The notes under the pieces were generated by a model, which was not told the origin of the DNA, searched no databases, and saw only the letters and a program-made list of their open reading frames with translations. Position numbers and translations under genes: made by a program. From Guillardia theta CCMP2712 (lineage: Eukaryota > Protista > Cryptophyta), in NCBI RefSeq assembly GCF_000315625.1, contig NW_005434635.1, forward strand, positions 186,001 through 250,000: DNA of 64,000 bases, given 5' to 3'. Shown here in pieces: positions 53,673-64,000 of the stretch. Within the stretch, counting starts at the first letter, position 1, and each line of letters starts with the position of its first letter.

Positions 53673-56363
53673 ATGTTCCATCGCATCCCCTGCGACAAAT
53701 ATGCATTTCCTCTCCTATTCCTCCTGGCCTCCAGCTATTCTTTCGAGTACCTGAAGCACCCAGAGGATGTCTTGGTTGCCGTGCGCCCAGTTGGGCGGCT
53801 GATGGAGTATGGAGCCTACAGGAACTTCTCGATTGAGCTGGGCATCGTGGGCCTGAGCCCTCGTTCCAACTACACGCTCTCCAGTCGTCTTGTGTTCCAG
53901 GACTTAAACACTGAGATGATTTGGTGCGAGCGGTTCGCGTGCGTGGGGAGATGGGTGCTGGCCAACCAGGGGGACGTGCAGCATGTGGTGGAGATGATGC
54001 CGCTGCCTTCGGGGAGTTATCGGATCGAGTTGGAGATCCGGGACAACCACCCGGACTATGAGAACGAGGAGGATGCGATCATGACGATGTACAACAAGGT
54101 CGTCTTCGTCGTGCCTGTCCTAACGGCCCTCCGCCATGCTCCCGGGGAGGCGAAGACCATTGTCTGCATCCCCGTCCTGCCGCGCCGGAATGGCAAGAGG
54201 TATGTCGACCAGGCGATCGAATCCGTCGGAGCCAGCGATGTGCCAGTGGACCTGATGATGATGCTGAACGAAGGGGAAGCGAAGCCGGAGGCAGCCCATC
54301 ACCTTGTGGTGAGGAGGGACAAGGAGATCAAGGCGCCTTGCCTTTTCCTGACTTGGAGGAGAAGTTTGATCCTCGACTTCATCCATATGATGGAGGAGGC
54401 TCTCAAGGTTGGGAACCCAACCTGCTTTCTTCCTCCCTTCGCTGACATTTGCCGTTGGGTCAGCAAGCAGCAGAGCACTTCGTGTGGTTGGAGGACGACA
54501 GCGTCTTGCTCCCCTGGTGGACTGAAGCCTTGCCAGAGAGCCGGTCTCGCTGTATGATCGCCCTTCATGAGTGCAACTGCCACAGCTGTGAGAAGATTGG
54601 GTAAGGGAGGAGTGAGTTTGATGTCTTGACGTGTGCATAATTCCTTGCTCTCAGAGTCTACAACGGAGTGGGGATGGTGGCAGTCCTCTTTTTTCGCAGC
54701 AGTCTGGTCGGATTCATTGACTTCTTGCGGAAAGAGGAGGGGAAGGGAAACTTTTTTGTTCCCCTGGACGAGCAAGCTCTTCGATACTGCAAGAGGTTGA
54801 TGCCATTTGCTTCTTCTCTTTGTTCATCCTGCTTTCAGGTCCTCCTCCCTCCCTCCCGCAAGCTTCTACCTTCCCACGGCTGCGATCCACATGGGGGATG
54901 TTGCTTTGGGGACGACAAAACCTGACATGCGAATGAAACTGAACATCTCTTATCCTCGCGATGGCGAAGTGTTCAACTCTTCCCAGATTGTCGGGATGGG
55001 GATTTCGGTACAGACATCCTGCTTGTGAGGCCTTCTTCTCATCTTCATGCAGGTTTCTGGGTTCGTCTTTGATGCAGAATATGCTTGGCTGTTGCGAATC
55101 AACGACAAGTTCGTTCATCAGAGGAACTTCCAGGTTCCCGCACCGGTGGATCATTTTGATTGCACCGACAATGCAGTATGGGCCGATCACGTGAAACGGT
55201 TGAATCTGCTGATCGGGAAGAATGTTGTGGAAGTGAAGATCTACGAGCTCGAGTCTCATGTCAACCAGCAGTTGATTGAAGCCAGCATCACAGTTGTTGT
55301 TGCAGATCCTGAGAACTCTAGTGGAATTGATTCCACTAGTCCCACGGTAAGTGAGGAAACAGCAAGCGAAGGGCGAGGGCAGGGCAGTTGCTCAGATTCT
55401 CATAATTACAATCAGCGAGCGTCTGTTTGCCCTCCATGACAACGTGGGGTGGTGGAGATCTTGGTAGGATCGGTATGGGAGATGCCTCCTGCACCTCAAT
55501 CCCTATCTTCGTCCTGACTACTTCAGACCGCAAGCGTGTTCACAAAAGGCAGATGCTGCATTCGATGGGAATTGTTCACTCCTCGATCGTCTTGGTGGAG
55601 GTCGACCAGACAGGAGAAGAGCAAAGTTGTGCAGTTGGATCTATCATCCCAACCCTCCTCTCAGGCAACGCAGAGGATGGCTGCGAATTTCGGTCGGAAG
55701 CCCTGAGGCAGCTCATCCGGAGCAACGTGGTGGAGGGAGTCAACATGTTGGGTGTGTGTGGCGATAGCCTCTCCTTTCTCTCTCTCTCGCCTCCTTGCAG
55801 CAAGTTGCGAAGTTGATGGAGGACTTGCCCTCGTCCGCTCACGTGCTGTTTCTCGATGTGCAAGAGGAGGCGTGCCACGAGTGCTGCCTCCTCGGGTGTG
55901 CAGCCATCAAGGCGCAGCAGGGGAACAGAAGCCATGATCTTCATCAGGAGAGGAGCCATGAGGTGTATGGAGGAAGCGGCGGATGTCACGGGGGGGGGAT
56001 CTGGGGTTCCGAGTATTCACTGCGGTTCCTCCAGTCTCCTTCTCGGATGGACAGGAGAAGCATCGTTGGCTCAAGGCCATGCCAGGCAGAGGGATGTAGC
56101 ATCCAGTGGAGATAATGGTGGTCGGCCGGCTGAAGAAGCATCAAGATCCGTCGCACGAAGAAGGGAAGAAGACGGTCGAAGTGATGGGGGTGAAGAGAGC
56201 CATGGAACAGCTCAGGTGGGATGGAAGGTTTCTTGTCATCTTGCAGCAATCATCTAGTCGAGGTTACGGCATGGATGAAGTGTGCAGTCGAATGGTTATG
56301 ACGGCAGAAGAGGATCTGGAGCAAGACTCCCTCTCTCCCCAAGCCTCTGTTTCAAGTCGATGA
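53673..56363 (+). CDS. Secreted/Golgi multi-domain glycosyltransferase (GT-A, GT54-like), possibly with a second degenerate GT domain
   Basis: Signal peptide; IVCIPVLPRRNGKRYV, LDFIHMM, HFVWLEDD, PLDEQ, AIHMG; Ig-like segments; IPIFVLTTSDRKR. Confidence 0.6.
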
Positions 56364-56486
56364 GCAACATCACATCAACACCCGTCTCTGTTGTGTTTCT
56401 CAATGTTTTACTTGACAACCCACCGGAATCAAAGTGCGATCACACCATTCCTCTGACTAGGATCTTGTCCAGCACGCTGGAGTCGC

Positions 56487-57200
56487 TTAGTGACGGTTGT
56501 AGAAGTAGTCCCACTGGTGGCGGGCACGGCGCCAGTCATCATAGGATGCGGCATCGTTGGCGCGGTAGTAGGTGTCCTCAGACTCCTGGTAGAGAGCACG
56601 AGCCTGGGTGTTCTGAACGAACGCCTGGGTGTAGAGGTTAGCAGCCTTCTTGCCGTAGAGGATGGTGCGCATCTTATCTGCGGAACAAAATAGAATCAGT
56701 ACCGAGAAGAGAATGAGATGATGTAAGACATTTCGCAAACATTTCGCAAACAGTACACAGCACCAAAGTCACAGATGAATGAATTTCACACAGTATACAA
56801 AAAAAAGTGAAGAACAGTGATAATGAGAGAAAGGTACACAGAAACATAACCACAAACCCGTACTTGCATCAACATGAAATGAATCTTTGTTGGGGTACAG
56901 GGTACACTTTCAAGCATTGCATCGTGAATATTCTGCACATTGCATCGAGAAAAATTATGATTAATGAATACGCAATGCAAGAAGAACATTGAACTGATGC
57001 TACATCATCACAGAATAATATCTCATACACACATGTCAAATCATGAAAGGCACCCGTCAATTCTAACCAACAAAACAAGGAAAGACCACAGAGACATCAG
57101 TACACCACGCGCATCTCATTCAAGGAAATCATGTGATGATCATTCCAAGCGCTGGGCACACTACACGTCTCTCCTCCATCGCCTCCCCGCTCCTTCTCCA
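56487..57200 (-). CDS. Probable small multi-exon hypothetical gene
   Basis: Last exon DKMRTILYGKKAANLY...WDYFYNRH*; upstream exons not resolved. Confidence 0.4.
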
Positions 57201-58116
57201 CTTCCTCTCGCGCGCGCATGGCCCACCTCTTCTGGTGACGACTCTTCGTGCCCCCCTGAAGAGCCGTCCTCGACCGTTACACCCCTTCAAAACGTTATTT
57301 TATCCGTTATATAGATTCAATAACCGTTACTTAAACGTGATTGCCGTATGATGTACGGGTGGTCATCATCCTGTACCCACCACCTTTAGTGAAATGCAAT
57401 ATGTTTTATAGGGGTACTTTTGAAAAATCAGGGGTACTGTAGCTTTTGCCGTTGGCTATTACCCACTCTTGCCTCCCCATCCTGACAGTGGGAATTCATG
57501 GGGTGCAGGCTGCACCCCACCCCTATCTTTCCCTGTATTGTAAGAGCAAAATGGGGGTGGGTGATGTTCACAGATAAGAGTTGACCCTACCCACCACGGG
57601 AATGTGAGCATGTGTATGTTCAATAGGAGGGTAGGGGTATGTACCCTCACCCCACTTTTCTAGGATCTCGTGGGTATGCTGAGATGAGGATGCTACAGGG
57701 CGGAGAATGGTGATGGAAAAGCGCATGAACAAGGGCGAAGGAAGAAGGAAGAGAGAAGAAGGAGGAGAGGGGATCGTGAGAAATAAAAAGGAGGAAAGGA
57801 GGAGGAGGAAGAAGATGCAGACGTTGAGATGTGCTGGGAAGCTAGAATGGTTTTCTCGTGGCTCGAGAGGGGATGTGGAGCACAACAGAAGGCGGGTCTT
57901 CAAAGATTCCTGCTGGAAGCATGAATGAGAATGTAATTGAAAATCGGTATTTGTTGCATTTTCGAGCCAAAATCATGAAGGAGCATCAGAAAAATTGTTA
58001 CAAATGAGTTTGAGAGCTAAATGCAGCCACTGGATACTAAAGATGCATGTCGTTTCGGAACTAATGCAAATCCGCTTTCAACCTCTTCGCTATTTTATTT
58101 ACAATGACCTGTAGGC

Positions 58117-59892
58117 ATGGATACGCCAGGATTTTCTCCTGTCACGCCATTACAACAGAGGAGGAACTTGGCTTCAGCTACAATCCTGCAGAAGAAATCT
58201 GCCCTGCGGCAGCGACATGGGGTAGTTCATCTGCTGGTAATCTGGCAGGAAGTACTCACTGTGCCTGTCTGCAGCAAGTCGGTCGAACTCCGGGGCCTGA
58301 AGATGCCCCCACCTTGAGAGACTCTGCTCAAAGACAAGGATACATTGACGCCGATCATGAGCGTGAGATTCATTCGGAGTTCGATTTGCTATATGCGGAT
58401 GCCCAGGCATCGAGGTAAGCTGAATGTGATGTCATGCAACGATTCGCTGCCATCTAACTTCTGGCGGCAGGGGAGCAGGAAGTGGTCCAGGGCTGGGCAA
58501 CACGTACAGGCGAGTTGGACAACAAAACTTCGACCCCAACACACCGATGGTCAGAAAATCGATCCCTTCTCCCTCCCCACCCCTCCTCCCTTGGTTCTTG
58601 TGTCTTTCTTTGTCTGCTGCATTGCGCTGTCCTGCTCCCCTTCATCCAAACCAGCTCTCTCAGCGTAGGATTTTTCCTTGGTCCGCTTATCCCCATGCGG
58701 CTGAGGCAAGTAACCTGCGCGATATCTGCGGTTGGACGGGTCTTGCTTGCAAGACGCCATTCTTGCAAGTTCCTTTCAACCCAACAGTCTCTTTTCCTTA
58801 CTTCTTCTTTCCTTCAAACACATTCTTTGTTATTGTGTTGATGTGGCTTTGATACAGGGTGGTTTCTTTTCGCCTCAACAATCTACATTCATTTCTGGTC
58901 AATTGCCGTGAACCTTAAAAAAAGTGGTGATTCTTTCTTCAGCTATGTCGCCGATAGCGAATAACAACATGCACGAACTCACGTTTGCCACTCCTCATCA
59001 CACTCGTCAGGTTCAACTCATTCCTTCTTCTCTTTCACCGGTTGATTTTGCCCAGCTTGCATTCCAGCATGAGAATACAGCAGCTATGCATCCAGCCATG
59101 TAAATCTTGGTTTTGAATCTTGTTTCCCTGAAACGTATCTAGGCCTACCTCCACGGCAGACACTGAAGCTGATCGTTGGGTAACCATATTTGGATTTCCG
59201 CAGGTAGAACTTCAAGGTTCGAAGCACATGCTTTCTTATGTTGTCTGTCAGGGATATCAAGATGGTGTGCTGCGTTACATGAGAGATAGGGGGGAGATCG
59301 GTAGGTCTCCATTCAACTTTGATCTTTTCATTTTGTTTTAGTTTTTTATGAGAGAGATTTCAGAGGAATGGAAATATTCTGGGACGAACTACCTGGCGGT
59401 GAAATTCAAGGATCAAGAGACTGGTACGCCGGACATTTGTTGCTTCTTATGGTAGTAACGAAGGTTTGTCAGTGGCTGAGGCGCTTGGCTTGAATGGTTC
59501 GATCATGCCAGGAGATGGTGGGCAAAATTTGATCAACGCCTGAACAGGCCGGCATTGATTCTAACGCTTCCCTGCTGTACCTCAGGACTTCCCGGGGACA
59601 ACTTCATGATCGGAGTCAAACGTGGAGCTCAACTTGGCAATTTCAATTTGCAAGAGTGAGAGAGAGAAGCTGTCATGTGTCAAGGCTAACGTTGAGAAGG
59701 AAAAGACCATCGCAATTGGACAAAGCTGCTGCCAACCCGTCATCAGTCAAGGACAAGAATCCTGTTGTCACCAAGAACTCAGCTTTGCGAGGGGGAAGGT
59801 TGTGGGATTTCCTGATTGTTTTCACTTTTTCTGACATTCTTTTTGTATTTGTCACGGTTCAGCTTCGGAAGATTTTTATCGGAACTCTTTGA
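58117..59892 (+). CDS. NUP35: Nucleoporin Nup35/Nup53-like RRM protein with many micro-exons
   Basis: Spliced DRW|VELQ|GYQDGVLRYMRDRGEI|EEWKYSGTNYLAVKFKDQET|VAEALGLNGSIMPGD|GLPGDNFMIGVKR resembles the Nup35 RRM (WV..FG..G.I..GNW...A.KAL..DG...MIGVK). Confidence 0.6.
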
Positions 59893-60104
59893 AATCACAG
59901 ATCTTAACGGATGAGTAAATCAGTGACTTCCGAATGTGAAATTTCCACTATAGCTTGACCACGCCGCCGCACTGCTAGGACGGTCACGGGTGGCGGCCGC
60001 ACGGCTGCCCCGGCCGGCCCGGGCCCGGCCCTGCCCGGCGGCGCCTTCCATTTCGCACCGACTCCGTGCCTCACCAGCTAGTTCAAATATACGTTCACTG
60101 GGCA

Positions 60105-61606
60105 ATGCACCCCAGGATGTACCGGCGAGTATGGCAGAGGAGAACTAGCTGCCGAAATGCGCATCAGATTATTGTCATGGTGCTTGCAATCATGATGTCC
60201 TGCGGCATGTTGTCACCGACGTCTGCAGTTGTCGAAGATGAAACGTGGGAGAAGATGTTTGTGCAAGGAGTCGACGAAAAATCGTTGAAAGACTATCTGT
60301 TCAAGATTACAAGCTACGACCATGTCGCAGGCACCCTGGGAGACCTCAGATCCACCAACTTCGTCAAGAACAGACTAGAATCATCACTCAGAGACACTCC
60401 TGCTCTCGTGGAGGTAGAGGCTGTTCCGGTCATGCTGTCCTACCCCATCAGTCGGCAGTTGAGAATGACAGAGCCGGTGGAATTCAATGCCAGTCTGAGC
60501 GAGACCATCTTGCCAAACGATGCTACCTCAGACAACGTCTGGAGAAACCTCTCTTTCAACGCTTATTCGCCCTCCGGCAACGTCTCTGCGCAGCTGGTGT
60601 ACGCCAACTACGGTGACCCGGACGACTTCGTAGCGCTAGAGAAGCTCGGCGTGTCCGTCGAGGGCAAGATTGTGATTGTACGGTATGGGTCGACGTTTCG
60701 TGGTCTGAAGGTGAACTCCGTTGATGTTTGCTTCCTCCCTTGTCATGATCGATGACTGCCCGAGCACAGGTCATGAACGCCGAGCGGAGGGGAGCGATCG
60801 GCTGTATCATCTACAGCGATCCTGAGGACGACGGCTACCAGCGCGGACCGACGTACCCGGATGGGCCATGGAGGCCGAAACAAGCAGTGCAGCGAGGATC
60901 CGTCCAATTCAACTCGCTCTGTGCCGGCGACCCAGCACGCAAGTACTCCAAGAAGTCAACGATGGACCTTTGCGGGTATGCCGTCGAAGACCTCATCCCC
61001 TCCATCCCTGTCCTCCCGATCTCTTACGAGGATGCTGCTCCTCTGCTGCAGAATCTTGTCACTCCTGGAGACCTCCCTCCTGGCTTTCAAGGCGGTCTTC
61101 CCTTCAAGTATGCGACAGGCCCAGGTCCAGCCCACGTCAACCTGCTCGTAAACAACAAGTTCGAGGCTCGCAGGGTCTGGAATGTCTTCGCTACCATCCC
61201 CAGCGGCAACTTTGGAACAGCAGACGACAAGCTCGTGCTTGCCGGCAATCACCGCGATGCGTGGGTCTATGGCGCCGCTGACCCCAACTCTGGGACCGCT
61301 GCTCTACTCGAGATGGCCAGAGTCTTGGGGGACATGTTGAGGAAGGGATGGAAGCCGAAGAGGACTATCGTGCTGTGTAACTGGGACGGAGAGGAGTACG
61401 GGCTTCTTGGGAGCACAGCATGGGGGGAGAAACGAGCTAAGGAGCTCTCCTCCAAGAGTGTCGTCTACCTCAACGTGGACGTCGGGGTCGCCGGCCCGCA
61501 CCTTTCAGTGCACGCCTCTCCTTTCCTCAGCCCCGTCATCACCAACGTCTCCCGCATGTTCGTTGACCCAGCAACGGGTCAGCCTCTCGATCGAGCATGG
61601 TTTTGA
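60105..61606 (+). pseudogene. Glutamate carboxypeptidase II-like (M28B) copy 1, 3'-truncated at the duplication junction
   Basis: HVAGT, YANYG, IVIVRYG..FRGLK|V, YSDP.DDG, VQRGS, GNHRDAW..GAADPNSGTA, WDGEEYGLLGS, YLNVD; ends ...PLDRAWF* without the C-terminal part; intron 60711-60769. Confidence 0.85.
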
Positions 61607-61632
61607 ATCTTGTTTCCCTGAAACGTATCTAG

Positions 61633-62382
61633 GCCTACCTCCACGGCAGACACTGAAGCTGATCGTTGGGTAACCATATTTGGATTTCCGCAGGTAGAAC
61701 TTCAAGGTTCGAAGCACATGCTTTCTTATGTTGTCTGTCAGGGATATCAAGATGGTGTGCTGCGTTACATGAGAGATAGGGGGGAGATCGGTAGGTCTCC
61801 ATTCAACTTTGATCTTTTCATTTTGTTTTAGTTTTTTATGAGAGAGATTTCAGAGGAATGGAAATATTCTGGGACGAACTACCTGGCGGTGAAATTCAAG
61901 GATCAAGAGACTGGTACGCCGGACATTTGTTGCTTCTTATGGTAGTAACGAAGGTTTGTCAGTGGCTGAGGCGCTTGGCTTGAATGGTTCGATCATGCCA
62001 GGAGATGGTGGGCAAAACTTGATCAACGCCTGAACAGGCCGGCATGGATTCTAACGCTTCCCTGCTGTACCTCAGGACTTCCCGGGGACAACTTCATGAT
62101 CGGAGTCAAACGTGGAGCTCAACTTGGCAATTTCAATTTGCAAGAGTGAGAGAGAGAAGCTGTCATGTGTCAAGGCTAACGTTGAGAAGGAAAAGACCAT
62201 CGCAATTGGACAAAGCTGCTGCCAACCCGTCATCAGTCAAGGACAAGAATCCTGTTGTCACCAAGAACTCAGCTTTGCGAGGGGGAAGGTTGTGGGATTT
62301 CCTGATTGTTTTCACTTTTTCTGACATTCTTTTTGTATTTGTCACGGTTCAGCTTCGGAAGATTTTTATCGGAACTCTTTGA
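61633..62382 (+). pseudogene. Duplicated 3' half of the Nup35-like gene
   Basis: Copy of 59143-59892 lacking the promoter and 5' exons. Confidence 0.6.
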
Positions 62383-62594
62383 AATCACAGATCTTAACGG
62401 ATGAGTAAATCAGTGACTTCCGAATGTGAAATTTCCACTATAGCTTGACCACGCCGCCGCACTGCTAGGACGGTCACGGGTGGCGGCCGCACGGCTGCCC
62501 CGGCCGGCCCGGGCCCGGCCCTGCCCGGCGGCGCCTTCCATTTCGCACCGACTCCGTGCCTCACCAGCTAGTTCAAATATACGTTCACTGGGCA

Positions 62595-64000
62595 ATGCAC
62601 CCCAGGATGTACCGGCGAGTATGGCAGAGGAGAACTAGCTGCCGAAATGCGCATCAGATGATTGTCATGGTGCTTGCAATCATGATGTCCTGCGGCATGT
62701 TGTCACCGACGTCTGCAGTTGTCGAAGATGAAACGTGGGAGAAGATGTTTGTGCAAGGAGTCGACGAAAAATCGTTGAAAGACTATCTGTTCAAGATTAC
62801 AAGCTACGACCATGTCGCAGGCACCCTGGGAGACCTCAGATCCACCAACTTCGTCAAGAACAGACTAGAATCATCACTCAGAGACACTCCTGCTCTCGTG
62901 GAGGTAGAGGCTGTTCCGGTCATGCTGTCCTACCCCATCAGTCGGCAGTTGAGAATGACAGAGCCGGTGGAATTCAATGCCAGTCTGAGCGAGACCATCT
63001 TGCCAAACGATGCTACCTCAGACAACGTCTGGAGAAACCTCTCTTTCAACGCTTATTCGCCCTCCGGCAACGTCTCTGCGCAGCTGGTGTACGCCAACTA
63101 CGGTGACCCGGACGACTTCGTAGCGCTAGAGAAGCTCGGCGTGTCCGTCGAGGGCAAGATTGTGATTGTACGGTATGGGTCGACGTTTCGTGGTCTGAAG
63201 GTGAACTCCGTTGATGTTTGCTTCCTCCCTTTTCATGATCGATGACTGCCCGAGCACAGGTCATGAACGCCGAGCGGAGGGGAGCGATCGGCTGTATCAT
63301 CTACAGCGATCCTGAGGACGACGGCTACCAGCGCGGACCGACGTACCCGGATGGGCCATGGAGGCCGAAACAAGCAGTGCAGCGAGGATCCGTCCAATTC
63401 AACTCGCTCTGTGCCGGCGACCCAGCACGCAAGTACTCCAAGAAGTCAACGATGGACCTTTGCGGGTATGCCGTCGAAGACCTCATCCCCTCCATCCCTG
63501 TCCTCCCGATCTCTTACGAGGATGCTGCTCCTCTGCTGCAGAATCTTGTCACTCCTGGAGACCTCCCTCCTGGCTTTCAAGGCGGTCTTCCCTTCAAGTA
63601 TGCGACAGGCCCAGGTCCAGCCCACGTCAACCTGCTCGTAAACAACAAGTTCGAGGCTCGCAGGGTCTGGAATGTCTTCGCTACCATCCCCAGCGGCAAC
63701 TTTGGAACAGCAGACGACAAGCTCGTGCTTGCCGGCAATCACCGCGATGCGTGGGTCTATGGCGCCGCTGACCCCAACTCTGGGACCGCTGCTCTACTCG
63801 AGATGGCCAGAGTCTTGGGGGACATGTTGAGGAAGGGATGGAAGCCGAAGAGGACTATCGTGCTGTGTAACTGGGACGGAGAGGAGTACGGGCTTCTTGG
63901 GAGCACAGCATGGGGGGAGAAACGAGCTAAGGAGCTCTCCTCCAAGAGTGTCGTCTACCTCAACGTGGACGTCGGGGTCGCCGGCCCGCACCTTTCAGTG
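62595..64000 (+). CDS. Glutamate carboxypeptidase II-like (M28B, PA domain) copy 2, runs off the window end
   Basis: Same motifs as copy 1; frame open to the window end. Confidence 0.9.

Larger units (their letters stand above)
59108..64000 (+). repeat. Tandem segmental duplication, 2,490-bp unit
   Basis: 59108-61597 repeats from 61598 to the window end with about 4 substitutions seen. Confidence 0.97.

Overview
Gene-dense eukaryotic nuclear DNA with many short (about 40-60 bp) GT-AG introns and microsatellite-filled longer introns. Intron style, a bipartite signal+AF plastid-targeting leader and tandem Zn2Cys6 factors suggest a cryptophyte alga (Guillardia/Hanusia-like); this is inference. 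Genes were spliced by eye. In order: a ~4,070-aa single-pass polycystin-like surface protein (EGF, mucin, cadherin-like, FN3, IPT, REJ, GPS, Cys-rich, ZU5) with one frameshift; TMEM50/Vps68; a CRAL-TRIO protein; CLEC16A; a type II membrane collagen; a two-domain Ly6/three-finger-like membrane protein; an Upf1/Sen1-type helicase; a plastid-targeted membrane protein; a coiled-coil protein; a rearranged cluster of CENP-B/Psq-type HTH copies; a double Zn2Cys6 factor; a TPR+GT23 fucosyltransferase; a second glycosyltransferase; Nup35/53; and glutamate carboxypeptidase II inside a 2,490-bp tandem duplication. The most striking non-coding pattern is a recurrent polar cassette (CCGG-rich island, then a TTTACTCAAAG motif and/or a GTAC-rich tract) that points at the next gene start six times. 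No rRNA, tRNA or CRISPR was seen.
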